NCBI GenBank assembly: GCA_964463055.1
Contig: CAYXAX010000004.1
Span: 1 to 41,038 of the forward strand
DNA length: 41,038 nucleotides
From: an uncultured Gammaproteobacteria bacterium
GTDB lineage: Bacteria; Pseudomonadota; Gammaproteobacteria; CAWJPQ01
Reading direction: 5' to 3'
Positions 27,733 through 37,935 of the stretch are shown here, piece by piece. The position numbers and the translations under genes are program-made. The number at the start of each line of letters is the position of its first letter. The stretch's first letter is position 1. The notes under the pieces are model-generated. The model had not been told where the DNA came from. It was given only the letters and a program-made list of their open reading frames with translations, and ran no database searches.

Positions 27733-28797
27733 ATGATATTGTCAAATAAACGGTGTGACAGGCGTGCTCGATCGATTTACTTCATCTTTACTGGTCTTCC
27801 AGTTGTTTTGATGCTCGCGGGCTGCGGTTCGGGTAGCGGCGGAGGCGCTGGCAGTGCCTCAGCTGTCGGGATTACTCAACAGAACAGCCCTCAGGTCGCA
27901 GGTGCTTCATATCAGGCCGCCAATAGCGCGGAAAGCTCCGGCACTGCCGGGTCCTCAACATTCATATCCGTTGTAACCACGGATACTACGAAAAAGCCCA
28001 GTCTGGCGCAGTTTGCGCAGCGTCAGATTGTACGCCTTGATGGGCTTGATTATTTTTCAGGCGGAGCCGTCGCCTCATCAGTGGCAGCTTCCGAAACGGT
28101 ACCTTGCGACACGCCTGTTTCCAGTGGTGCGGCGGGAAGCACCTCTATAAAAGTTAATGATGCGGACGGGAGCGGTACGCTGACCTCAGGTGATTCGTTC
28201 GACGCGACCTTTAACAACTGCTACATCGCCGCCGACGGACAGACAATCAATGGCGGTTTTTCCATGTCGGTGGTTAATATAATCGGTGATCCCCAAATCG
28301 CCAATACAGCATGGACCGTGAAGGCCAACTTCACATTAAGTTCCCTGAGCATCGCAGACTCAACCGGTACCGAAGCGGTCAACGGAGGATTCACCTTCTC
28401 GGCTAATACAAGCAATGGTATCGATGAGTCCGTCACCTTGAGCGGCGCATCACTTTCAGTTCAACAGTCGGGTGAGCCGACGATCAGTCTTGATAACTTC
28501 AGTCTCAGCGGGTCGGATAATAAGAATACAGCAGCATATACTTTTTATGGATCGGGCCGTGTTACGGATTCATCATTGAACGGGTATGTTGACTTCCAGA
28601 TATCCGCGTCCACGCCTTTGCGGGGCATTGGCTCCCTGGATCCGGACTCCGGAACCATGACTATTACAGGTGCCGGCAATTCCAGTGTCAAGGTAACCGC
28701 GATTGATGCCACGACTGCACAGCTTCAAGTGGATGCCGATGGTGATGGTACTTTTGAATATACGACCACCAAGTCATGGACGGGGCTTGCCCCATAA
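27733..28797 (+). CDS. Ser/Thr/Gly-rich beta-strand lipoprotein, unknown function
   Basis: Lipobox LAGC, Gly/Ser linker, Ca-binding-like DADGSGTL and DADGDGTF loops, two further Cys. Confidence 0.8.
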   Translation: MILSNKRCDRRARSIYFIFTGLPVVLMLAGCGSGSGGGAGSASAVGITQQNSPQVAGASYQAANSAESSGTAGSSTFISVVTTDTTKKPSLAQFAQRQIVRLDGLDYFSGGAVASSVAASETVPCDTPVSSGAAGSTSIKVNDADGSGTLTSGDSFDATFNNCYIAADGQTINGGFSMSVVNIIGDPQIANTAWTVKANFTLSSLSIADSTGTEAVNGGFTFSANTSNGIDESVTLSGASLSVQQSGEPTISLDNFSLSGSDNKNTAAYTFYGSGRVTDSSLNGYVDFQISASTPLRGIGSLDPDSGTMTITGAGNSSVKVTAIDATTAQLQVDADGDGTFEYTTTKSWTGLAP

Positions 28798-29208
28798 TCG
28801 TGCAACGGAGACGGCGCGCGGCGACAAATCGCTGAGTGCATGCGCCGAATCAGAAAACGTGGTCACATGGGGCTGATGACGGATAGACACGCCCGCGAGT
28901 CTTTCGTTTCCCCGGGCGAGACTCCCGATCGATATGTCCGTGCGAATTGTATGAGATGTCTGGTTGCATCACTAGCACGCGATGTGATTCGCCTGCTGGC
29001 CGCTGCATGATCCAATGACATTAACGGAGCCCGGGTATCGCCGCCATATTGGCGATTGTTGCGGTTCGTTGATAATAGGAATATTAAAAAACACTGTTAC
29101 AGTGCCGGATGTCATGAAATTTGGCCATGAGAGTGGCGTGTACCGGAGTTGCTTAAAGGCTGACGGGCCGCATGCCGATACATTCCAAAGAATATCTGGA
29201 ATAATCTC

Positions 29209-29541
29209 ATGTCTGAAACCGTCTGTCTCAAAATCTCTGTTTCACACGATCCGCGCGGCGATCATCCGGGCGGCGCTGAGCATTTTACCGCCGCACGCCT
29301 GGAAGATATCCGAAAAATCAAGGCGACGTTTGACCCGGTCTATCCATTGACCATGGATGAATGGTGTGAAGCATTAAAGAATAACGAAAATCCTGACAAG
29401 GAACTTGCGTGGTGGCTGAGCTTTTCTGAAGTATACCGCGACTATACGGAAGATATGCCGCTTGATGTCTGTAAACAAGCGTTTATTGATCTGCTTGGCA
29501 TTACCATTAATGCAACTACGCCCGGCTCAATAGACGATTGA
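29209..29541 (+). CDS. Hypothetical protein
   Basis: 110 aa helical, protein-like composition (DEWCEALKNNENPDKELAWW). Confidence 0.55.
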   Translation: MSETVCLKISVSHDPRGDHPGGAEHFTAARLEDIRKIKATFDPVYPLTMDEWCEALKNNENPDKELAWWLSFSEVYRDYTEDMPLDVCKQAFIDLLGITINATTPGSIDD

Positions 29542-29598
29542 TGTAAGGCGGGGTGTGGGTGAGATAAGCGGATACAAAGGGTTCGATTAGTGTTGCGC

Positions 29599-31689
29599 TC
29601 AGTTCTTTACCACCACATCACTTTCCTGTGTGCTGCTGCCTGTCGCGGTCATTGCCGTGACGCGGTTGTGAATCAGCGTCCCGAATGGTACCTGCGCGGG
29701 ATCGAGCGTATTCACCACAAGTTTAAATGACTCATCATGCTTATCGCCCGGCGCAAGGTCGAACGTCCATGTCAATATATCACCGGAACCGCATCCGCTG
29801 GCGCACGTCCCGCTGTTGCTTATAGAATTAACCGAGACATGGCCATTGATGTCCGGCAGCATATCCTGCAATGACACGCTCGTCAGAGGGTTGGGTCCAA
29901 CGTTTTTCACCTCTAGCGTATACGTGACAGAACCCATAAGGGGTACCGAATCGGTGTCCGCCGTCATGCTCAGCATCAACGGCCAAGCCGCCTGGACCTG
30001 CGTCGTTGCCGCCGCCTGCGTCAAGACAGTCTTATCATCCAGCATCTGCGTCCGTGATAGCAGCGGGGTGCCGTTCACCAGAGTGCCGTCGACTGCCGCC
30101 GTATAGGTACGGCGCAGGCTTCCGCCCGCTGCCACGGAACCGAGGTTCCACAGCACTTTACCGTCAACCAGGGCGCCGCTGTCGCTTGCCGACACGAAGG
30201 TCATCCCCGCGGGCAGCGTGGCGGTCAGTACGCCGGCCGCGCTTTGCGGCAGGGCCAGGGCCGCGGTGTTGCCCACTGTGATCGTGCTGACCACTTGATC
30301 GCCGGGATTGGCCGGGTCGTGGTTTGTCGACATGCCCATGCTCAGGCCCGCTGCGTTCCTCACCAGCACGTCGGCAGATTGCGTGACGCTTCCGCCCGCA
30401 TACGTCACCGTGGCGACGTTGTGTATCAGCGTCCCGTCGGGTACAAGCGTGGTGTCGGTAGTGTCCACCTTGACGTTAAACGAGACGGTCGTCGTCTGAC
30501 CCGCCGCCAGGTCAAAGGCCGGCCAGGTGATAACGTCCCCGGCGGGGCAGGCAGACTGCGGACAGGTGCCTTTCGCAGTGATAAAACCCGTGGATTCATA
30601 ACCGCTGATATCGGGCACCGTGTCCTGTAAAGACACGTTCGTCAGTGTCGTTGAACCCACATTGCTCACCTGCAATTGATAGGTGACGAAACCATTCAGT
30701 GCCACGGGGCTGGGGTTCGCAGTCATGGACAGTGCAACAGGCATCACCGTAACAGGAATGGTCACCACTGCGGATTGCTGAGGTGTGCCGGCGTCCGTTA
30801 CTGTCACCTCGAGGCTGTCCGCGCCGGAGAACCCCGGCTTCGGTGTATACGTCACCAGGCCGGCGGCGGTTACCGTCACCGTGCCGTTCCCCGGCAGGGT
30901 GGTCACTGCAAAGGTATGGCCTTGTCCGGTATCCGGATCATTGACGGTGATCTGTGAAGTCCCCGCGATATTACTGGCGGTGGTAATCCCAGACGCTGAC
31001 GCCGTGGGCGCCCGGTTCACGATGGTGACATTGACTGTTACAGCAATTGACTCGGGCGGTGAGCCGTTATCCATCACGATCACATGGAAGCTGTCGCTGC
31101 CCGTGAAACCGGTACGCGGTATGTATGTGACCAGGCCCGTACCATCTACGGACGCCTGTCCGCGTTTCGCGGGGATGTTTATGGTAAAGGTATGGGTCTG
31201 CCCCGCATCCGGGTCGTTGACGGCGATTTGGACGGTCTTTGTCGTGTTGATGGTGGTGGAAATCAGCGGGACGGTCAATGTGGGTGGTTGATTTATCACT
31301 GTCACGTTAATTGTGACGGACGCGGACTCAGGTGGGGTGTCGCTGTTGCTGACACTCACGATGAGCGTGTCTTTACCGGTGAATCCGGCGTCCGGTGTGT
31401 AGGTCACCAAACCCGTGGAATCCACCATGGCTGATCCGTGGGTTGGAGCGGTACTGATGATGAAGTCATCGCTTTGCCCGGTGTTTGGATCTACAACGGA
31501 TACCTGAGACGTCCCTGATGTTCCGGAGGGTATTTTGATCGAGGACGCATTTACCGTCAGCGGGCCCCCGCCTCCGGACCCGGCCGGCGACGTTTTACCT
31601 CCCTGGTCGAATATGCTATTGCAGCCCGTCAGGAACAGGATAAATAATCCAGCCCACAAGGTGCGCGAATGCTTACGGAAAACACGCAT
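29599..31689 (-). CDS. Surface lipoprotein with three cadherin/Ig-like repeats and three DUF11-like domains
   Basis: Lipobox LTGC; three repeats of DP..GQ...G.....TGLVTYTP..GFTG.D; three units with T(Y/I).(L/V).V.N.G and L.D..P motifs. Confidence 0.85.
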   Translation of the reverse strand: MRVFRKHSRTLWAGLFILFLTGCNSIFDQGGKTSPAGSGGGGPLTVNASSIKIPSGTSGTSQVSVVDPNTGQSDDFIISTAPTHGSAMVDSTGLVTYTPDAGFTGKDTLIVSVSNSDTPPESASVTINVTVINQPPTLTVPLISTTINTTKTVQIAVNDPDAGQTHTFTINIPAKRGQASVDGTGLVTYIPRTGFTGSDSFHVIVMDNGSPPESIAVTVNVTIVNRAPTASASGITTASNIAGTSQITVNDPDTGQGHTFAVTTLPGNGTVTVTAAGLVTYTPKPGFSGADSLEVTVTDAGTPQQSAVVTIPVTVMPVALSMTANPSPVALNGFVTYQLQVSNVGSTTLTNVSLQDTVPDISGYESTGFITAKGTCPQSACPAGDVITWPAFDLAAGQTTTVSFNVKVDTTDTTLVPDGTLIHNVATVTYAGGSVTQSADVLVRNAAGLSMGMSTNHDPANPGDQVVSTITVGNTAALALPQSAAGVLTATLPAGMTFVSASDSGALVDGKVLWNLGSVAAGGSLRRTYTAAVDGTLVNGTPLLSRTQMLDDKTVLTQAAATTQVQAAWPLMLSMTADTDSVPLMGSVTYTLEVKNVGPNPLTSVSLQDMLPDINGHVSVNSISNSGTCASGCGSGDILTWTFDLAPGDKHDESFKLVVNTLDPAQVPFGTLIHNRVTAMTATGSSTQESDVVVKN

Positions 31690-31731
31690 CGTCTGACCAA
31701 TTGCTTTTCAAGTTAAATTAACCCGCCGCTA

Positions 31732-31909
31732 GGCGCCTGTCGGATGTAGGACTGATCTACTGCGCCGATGGAAGAGCGTCCCAGTATTCCAATCCTTTTC
31801 GTCAAATAGCGACGGCTCCACCCTCGCTTTGCGCTTCCCTCAAACGATCGAAACACGGGTCTCGTTCTCCCGCCTTGCTCGCTACGATCGCCTAAGACCG
31901 ACAGGCGCC
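31732..31909. mobile_element. MITE copy 1 (178 bp)
   Basis: Perfect 12 bp terminal inverted repeats GGCGCCTGTCGG / CCGACAGGCGCC; flanks CTA and TGG; non-coding; second copy at 38938. Confidence 0.85.
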
Positions 31910-32558
31910 TGGTTGACCCGCTTTGATGATGGATTTCCGGCAGATGCCGGAACGGCCCTTTTGATGCCAAAAGACCGGTGTGGCGTGATGACCGATGGAA
32001 GAAACAGATCACAGGCAAGCTGCCAGTGGGAAAAGCGGCGGTAAACATAACCCACATACCGTATAGCTGAGCAGAGCAGACGGACCGGTCATCCTCTACC
32101 CCGATTTTTATGGTTTTCGTAAACATGTGTGCTGCCCGCGAACACGCCGAACAGAGCGCGATTAGCGTAATGCCACAATAGCACCGCTTCCGTCGTATGC
32201 ACAATTAAGGGGACATGAAGGTGTATCCAAAGCTGCCGCATTCAAATGCCGGAAATGTAATGTAACTTATTAATATAATTATGTATTATTCCCCTCGCGC
32301 GTGTCCGCCTGAAAATGAGTTACATGTGGACTGAATCCAATAGTGGGATGCCATGTCCGGGGTAATCAAGGGACGAAATTTATAACGGTGGCGGGGTGTC
32401 GATTCGGGCGGTAATCAATGCCCGGAATGCTTGCCATTCTCCGCATGCAGGCTCCAGTAGGCGCAACCGTGCTCAGTCCATCTGCCGCCATTGGCGTGGT
32501 GAGTGGGCTCGTTGTCGGTAATCCGTTTTTCGCGGATATATCGGATAGCGGTTGGTGT

Positions 32559-33593
32559 TTATGACTTATTGCCGCCCGCCTGTTCCTGTTCATCCGGTAT
32601 TGCCGCTATTGGAGGGCGCGCTTGTGGTGACCAACTGCGCACATGCAGATCACGTTGCGGGAAGGGGATCTCGATGCCATATTTGCCAAGCGCTGTTTCA
32701 ATCGCCCACAAATAATCCGCCTGCACCGCGCCGGGTCGCTTGACGGCATCCGATGTCAGCCATACGATCAGCTGGAAATCCAGGCTGCTGTCACCGAAGC
32801 CGGTTAACCATACCTGGGGTTTGCGGTTCTCGTCATTGTCGAGTGTATGCGATACGGTGTCCGCCGCCTCCAGCACCGCCTTGCGAACCAATTCCTTATC
32901 CGTGCCGTATGCCACCCCGAATGGCACATGGATGCGCCGATAGACATCACGCATGGTCCAGTTCATGACGTGCCCGTTCACGAATACCGAATTCGGCACG
33001 ACGATATCGATGTTATCGTTGGTGGTGATGACCGTGCTGCGGATGTTGATTTCCCTGACCTCGCCACTGATGCCGGATTCGATCTCGATGTAATCGCCGA
33101 CCTTTAATGATTTTTCAAACAGCAGCATCAGGCCGGCGATAAAATTGCTTACCAAGGTCTGCATGCCAAAACCGACGCCCACGCCCAGTGCGCTGGCGAA
33201 CAGTGCGAACTTGCTCAAGTCAATGCCGATTGTGGACAGGCCGATCAGGAGGCCGATGGTCATCACGACGTAGTGCAAGAGTCGATTGAGTGTATAAACC
33301 GATGCGCGGTTCATGTTGGGGCGCATGGTCGACACGCGGTCGATTGCGCGGCGTGCAAGCTTCGATATCCACCAGGCGATGGCGAGAATGACGCTGATAT
33401 GGATCAGATTGAGGATCGTCAACTGAATATCGCCGACGGAGAACAGCGGCTTGTTCAGCCAATACCAGATGACGTGCGTGTATGAATCCATCATTGTGCG
33501 GGATAGGTCTTTAATGACGCCGGAATTGCCGGCATGACTTGAAGCATCCTCCGTAATCATCCCGGGACCCCACATCCACTGCCATAATCGCAT
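32559..33593 (-). CDS. MscS-family mechanosensitive channel
   Basis: ALGVGVGFGMQTLVSNFIAG, KVGDYIE, IVVPNS, GVAYGTD, GFGDSSLDF, IPFPQRDLH; AGGAG RBS. Confidence 0.93.
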   Translation of the reverse strand: MRLWQWMWGPGMITEDASSHAGNSGVIKDLSRTMMDSYTHVIWYWLNKPLFSVGDIQLTILNLIHISVILAIAWWISKLARRAIDRVSTMRPNMNRASVYTLNRLLHYVVMTIGLLIGLSTIGIDLSKFALFASALGVGVGFGMQTLVSNFIAGLMLLFEKSLKVGDYIEIESGISGEVREINIRSTVITTNDNIDIVVPNSVFVNGHVMNWTMRDVYRRIHVPFGVAYGTDKELVRKAVLEAADTVSHTLDNDENRKPQVWLTGFGDSSLDFQLIVWLTSDAVKRPGAVQADYLWAIETALGKYGIEIPFPQRDLHVRSWSPQARPPIAAIPDEQEQAGGNKS

Positions 33594-33657
33594 TAGTACG
33601 ACGCTCCTGATTGAACTGTAAGGGCTTTATAGTCGTGCTCCGTGTAAGGCACGTCTA

Positions 33658-34620
33658 TCAAAGCCACCGCCATCTGCGGAAGACTGTCAGCAGAACCGTC
33701 ACGATCCCGGCCATCACCGCCAGCAGGATGAAATATCCGGACCGGGAATGCAGTTCCGGCATATTTTCAAAGTTCATGCCATAGATTCCCGCCAGGAAGC
33801 TGAGCGGCACAAAGATGGCAGTCACAATTGTCAGGACTTTAATTATATTGTTCAGTCGGTGAGAGGCCAGTGATATATATCCGTCGATCAGATCGGAAGC
33901 GAGCTCATAATAGAGGGTCGCCAGGCTGTTGGCGCGATCCTGGTTCTCATAGACATCATTGATTTCATGCCGGCGTTCCGTGCTGATGCCCGGCGTCGGC
34001 TGTACAGCCAGCTTTGAAAATATCTGCACCTGGTATAAAAACACCCTGCGGAATTTACGCAGCTGGGTCTTGTAGCCGATTAATTCTGCAAGCATCTCAT
34101 CGCGCGGTTCGATTACCATCTCCTGTTCGAGCTCTTCTATGCGTGGTTCCAGGCTCAGCATTTTCTTCAGATAACGATCGATGATGATTCTGCATAATCT
34201 CAGCGCCAGCGCATCGGGGCCGCGGGCAAACAGCGACTGAGCTTCGTTTACTTCATGCCACAGTTTCTCGATGCTTGGCGAGTTATCCGAATGGCGGGTG
34301 ACTAGAAAGCGATCGCCCACGAACACGGCGATCTGGATGGTTTCGAAGGTGAAGTCCGGGGTTTCCCTGCCCAGACCCTTTAGCAAAATAAAGGTGTGAT
34401 CATCGAATACTTCCAGCTTGGGCGGATGACGTTCACGCTGGGCATCCTGGATCGCCATGGGGTGCAGGCGGAATCTGTCCATCAGGACACGCCTTTCCTG
34501 TTCCGGCGCCTCGCCCCGGAAATCGGCCCATAACAGCAGGTCGTGCTGACGCTGCCATTCGTCCAGCAACTCCATTGCGCCACATTTGAATTCCCGTGTC
34601 GCGGGATTGTACAGCATCAC
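33658..34620 (-). CDS. corA: CorA family Mg/Co transporter
   Basis: LHPMAIQDA, PKLE, KVLTIVTAIFVPLSFLAGIYGMNFENMPEL. Start uncertain (34617 to 34710). Confidence 0.9.
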   Translation of the reverse strand: MMLYNPATREFKCGAMELLDEWQRQHDLLLWADFRGEAPEQERRVLMDRFRLHPMAIQDAQRERHPPKLEVFDDHTFILLKGLGRETPDFTFETIQIAVFVGDRFLVTRHSDNSPSIEKLWHEVNEAQSLFARGPDALALRLCRIIIDRYLKKMLSLEPRIEELEQEMVIEPRDEMLAELIGYKTQLRKFRRVFLYQVQIFSKLAVQPTPGISTERRHEINDVYENQDRANSLATLYYELASDLIDGYISLASHRLNNIIKVLTIVTAIFVPLSFLAGIYGMNFENMPELHSRSGYFILLAVMAGIVTVLLTVFRRWRWL

Positions 34621-34991
34621 GCGAATAATCCGTCCTCCCGGCATACCCATCATTTGATGGAAGATTAACCCAAAATCAGTTGTTTTTGGCTTATTTATCC
34701 ATGGCTGCATAGATCGTCATGGCCTATGGGAGGTTGGAATTCCCCTATGTTACGCGGGTTCAATTGATGAAAATCGGCAGCGGCGAGTCGGGGGCATCGA
34801 TCATCGTTTGCGAAATGCGCCAGGCACAACGGGATCGATGGCAAAACGGACGGTAATACGGAGTCCCGGCGCCAGGAGAATTGCCGTCAGGGATATTGTC
34901 ACATATCAATGGTGCGAGATATTTGTCCTGCGCCAGGCGGGGAGGCTTCAGACCGTTCTTGGGGATCGAGCTGCCGCACCTGTTTGGCAGC

Positions 34992-35417
34992 TCAATGCCT
35001 GATGGTAAATTCTCCGCGCATTCCGGACATGTGGTGGGCGTCGATATTGCAGAAATAAACGTAATGCCCCGGCTTCAATGTCACCGAGATCACACGCCCG
35101 CTGCCGGGCTTGAGGTCCTCGGCCGCGACGATCTTCAAAAAGTGCAGCGAATCCTCATCAATTTTTCCATCGTCACCGACCGGGAGCTTGTCCGGGGCCA
35201 GGTCCGTCTGTACAAGAAAGAACTCGTGGACAAGATCCGTTGCGTTATTCTTGATAATGAAGGTTACCTCACCGGGCCGTATCTTATCAGGCGTGAGTTT
35301 TGTCCCATAGGTGGTCAGGGTGACCGTAACGGTCTGGTGGTCACCAGGGACGCATCCTGTCAGGCCAAGCACGGCCAGATATATGGTCAGGATTGTGCGG
35401 GGCAATGGGATTAACAT
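34992..35417 (-). CDS. Cupredoxin-fold lipoprotein (paralog B; full His-Cys-His-Met set)
   Basis: Lipobox LTGC; VHEF...PGHYVYFCNIDAHHMSGM. Confidence 0.8.
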   Translation of the reverse strand: MLIPLPRTILTIYLAVLGLTGCVPGDHQTVTVTLTTYGTKLTPDKIRPGEVTFIIKNNATDLVHEFFLVQTDLAPDKLPVGDDGKIDEDSLHFLKIVAAEDLKPGSGRVISVTLKPGHYVYFCNIDAHHMSGMRGEFTIRH

Positions 35418-35745
35418 GTATATCAGCGCATGAATACTACTGGATTCAGCCCGGATTAACTGATTGAAGCAGGATATAAGCTTCATCCAAGGGCTCAACG
35501 TTGTGTAGCAGCGGGCGATTTAAGGGTCGGAATCGATACCCTGGGTAACTCAGAATCCAGCAAATCCCAGTATATCCACAAACTGATATGTTTAAACAGC
35601 CTAATGCCGTATTTTAATCGGCTTATCCGCCATCTGGCGCATGACGACAAATAGCCAACAGGCTCATGGCCTTGGCACTGGATGACGCGGCGATTCATGA
35701 TAAAATCAAAACGTTACCGTTTCCCCCTGATATTAATGAGTGATT

Positions 35746-37062
35746 ATGGAGCCCCGCACACTTCTCCCCAAGGTCTTGGATCACTTGCTGGATACCGTCT
35801 GTGTGGTAGACGAAGAGGGCCGCTATGTCTTTGTGAATGCCGCCTGCGAGCGCCTGCTTGGATACAAGCAGGACGAGTTGATCGGCAGGAACATGATCGA
35901 TCTGGTGTTTCCCGCAGACCGGAAGCGGACCCTGGAGGCGGCCGCGGAGATTATGAGCGGCCAACCCAAGATGCATTTCGAGAACCGTTATGTGCGCAAA
36001 GACGGAGAGCTTGTGCACATCATGTGGTCGGCGCGCTGGTTGGAAGACGAGCGTATCCGACTGGCCGTGGCGCGGGACGCCACGGCGTTCAGGCGTACGG
36101 CACGCCTGCAGAGCGCCCTCTACCAGATTTCGGAAGCCGCACACGCCGCTGATGGCCTGTTAGGCCTGTATCGGCATATTCATAAGATCGTCGGCGAGCT
36201 GCTGCCGGCGGAGAATTTCTCCGTCGCGCTGTACGATTCGGCAAGCGATACGCTGTCCTATCCCTATATTGTCGATGAACGGGTTCAGGCGCTCGATGCG
36301 CATCCCTTGCGCGCCGGAACTCCCATCGCCGAGGTCCTGCGCACGGGCGAGGCCTTGCTGTTGACTCGCGAGGGTTCTGGCGATGAGGCGGATACGACAT
36401 CGGCGGCGGGCGGCGGCTGGCTGGGCGTACCGTTGGTCTCACAGACCGGTGTCATGGGCGCGTTGGTGGTGCAGGCCTACACCGGGAGCGTACGTTACAC
36501 CCAGGATGACAAGGACCTACTGCAGTTTGTTTCCATCCAGGTGGCCGCCGCCATCGAACGCAAACAGACGGAAACCCGCTTGCACCACATGGCCCGCCAC
36601 GATCCCCTGACGGATCTGCCCAACCGGACACTTTTCCACGACCGGTTCGACATGGCGCTTAAGCGGGCGCGCCGCTACAAGGAGCGTCTTGCCCTGCTGT
36701 ACCTGGACCTGGATGGGTTCAAGGAGGTCAACGATACCTTTGGGCATGAGTTTGGCGATCGGCTGCTGTGCGATGTGGCGCGGCGCCTGGGGCAGTGCGT
36801 GCGGGAGTCGGATACGATCGGACGCGTGGGCGGGGACGAGTTTTCAGTGCTGTTGGCAAAAATCCACGAGCCGCGCTGCGCCGACATCATGATTGAAAAA
36901 ATTCGTACTGCAATAGAAGCGCCCTTCGAGTTGGACGGTCATACACTGGCGGTCTCGGTCAGTGTTGGGGCGGCCATCTATCCGGAGCATGGCGGCGACC
37001 AAGAGAAGCTGTTTCGTCATGCCGATGCCAGTATGTATGCAGCGAAACGACGGGAAAGCTAG
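35746..37062 (+). CDS. PAS-GAF-GGDEF diguanylate cyclase
   Basis: PAS (FVNAACERLLGY...ENRYVRKDG), GAF (WLGVPL), HDPLTDLPNR, DLDGFKEVND, I-site RESD and intact GGDEF. Confidence 0.93.
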   Translation: MEPRTLLPKVLDHLLDTVCVVDEEGRYVFVNAACERLLGYKQDELIGRNMIDLVFPADRKRTLEAAAEIMSGQPKMHFENRYVRKDGELVHIMWSARWLEDERIRLAVARDATAFRRTARLQSALYQISEAAHAADGLLGLYRHIHKIVGELLPAENFSVALYDSASDTLSYPYIVDERVQALDAHPLRAGTPIAEVLRTGEALLLTREGSGDEADTTSAAGGGWLGVPLVSQTGVMGALVVQAYTGSVRYTQDDKDLLQFVSIQVAAAIERKQTETRLHHMARHDPLTDLPNRTLFHDRFDMALKRARRYKERLALLYLDLDGFKEVNDTFGHEFGDRLLCDVARRLGQCVRESDTIGRVGGDEFSVLLAKIHEPRCADIMIEKIRTAIEAPFELDGHTLAVSVSVGAAIYPEHGGDQEKLFRHADASMYAAKRRES

Positions 37063-37464
37063 GGCCGGGGACAAAAGAGAATCATTCGCATTTTCAGCAG
37101 GCACTGCTTCGATTTCCATTATACTTTCACGCGCATTGCCGCAACACGTCTCACCTCTTTCTCTGTGACCCTTTGTTTGTCATCCCCGTTTGCCGGGGTA
37201 TCACAACTTCCAAGTTCAAATTCAATCTGGTATAGGCGCTTGCATTCCGCGCCATAGCGGGCGTGGGACGTTGACCGCGCACGGTCTCTATATACCGGCT
37301 CTGTTCGCATGTCACCGACTCATGCGGCGTTATGGCATGCACTTGCTGAGTGCTTATGCGGGTCGAAAAATTGCCGAGATTGATAGGTCGTGCGTGACTC
37401 GGCATATGCAGTGACGGTCATCAATAGTTGACTGCCTCAGTCAGCAATAACCATACATTAATTG

Positions 37465-37493
37465 TTGACATTATCGCCGACAGGTTAAATAAT
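37465..37493 (+). promoter_or_regulatory. Putative sigma70 promoter for the globin operon
   Basis: TTGACA (37465-37470), 17 nt spacer, AATAAT (37488-37493), 50 nt upstream of the ATG. Confidence 0.5.
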
Positions 37494-37542
37494 GTGCGCA
37501 GAATATATGTATTTTTGCGTAATACTTCACGAGGAGATCATC

Positions 37543-37911
37543 ATGGACAAAAGCCTTTATGACCGTATCGGCGGGGAAGCCGCCGTCAACGCCGCGGTGG
37601 ATGTATTTTATCGTAAAGTACTGGCCGACGACCGCATCTGTAATTATTTCGAAGATGTCGACATGGACAGGCAGGCCGCGAAGCAGAAGGCGTTTCTCAC
37701 CTTCGCCCTGGGCGGACCCAACCAGTACAGCGGCAGGGATATGCGTGCCGGTCACGCCCGTCTGGTGCAGCAAGGTCTGAATGACAATCACTTCGATGCG
37801 GTGATGGAGAACCTGGCAGCCACATTACAGGAGCTCAATGTCCCGGCGGAACTCATCGCCGAGGCCGCGGCCATCGCCGAGAGCACCCGCAAGGATGTCT
37901 TGAACCGCTAG
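37543..37911 (+). CDS. glbN: Group I truncated haemoglobin (trHbN/GlbN-like)
   Basis: SLYDRIGG, VDVFY, ALGGPNQYSGRDMRAGH, HFDAV; GAGGAG RBS. Confidence 0.9.
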   Translation: MDKSLYDRIGGEAAVNAAVDVFYRKVLADDRICNYFEDVDMDRQAAKQKAFLTFALGGPNQYSGRDMRAGHARLVQQGLNDNHFDAVMENLAATLQELNVPAELIAEAAAIAESTRKDVLNR

Positions 37912-37935
37912 CGGGGATTGGTATAGGGGACTGCC

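Noticed and set aside
31713-32204. 163 aa ORF, and similar ORFs at 38874-39163 that share sequence with it
   Set aside because: The similarity comes from reading through the non-coding MITE copies.
37495-37525. NsrR or FNR site upstream of the globin
   Set aside because: Only a half-site-like TATATGTATTT; no full inverted repeat and no TTGAT-N4-ATCAA.
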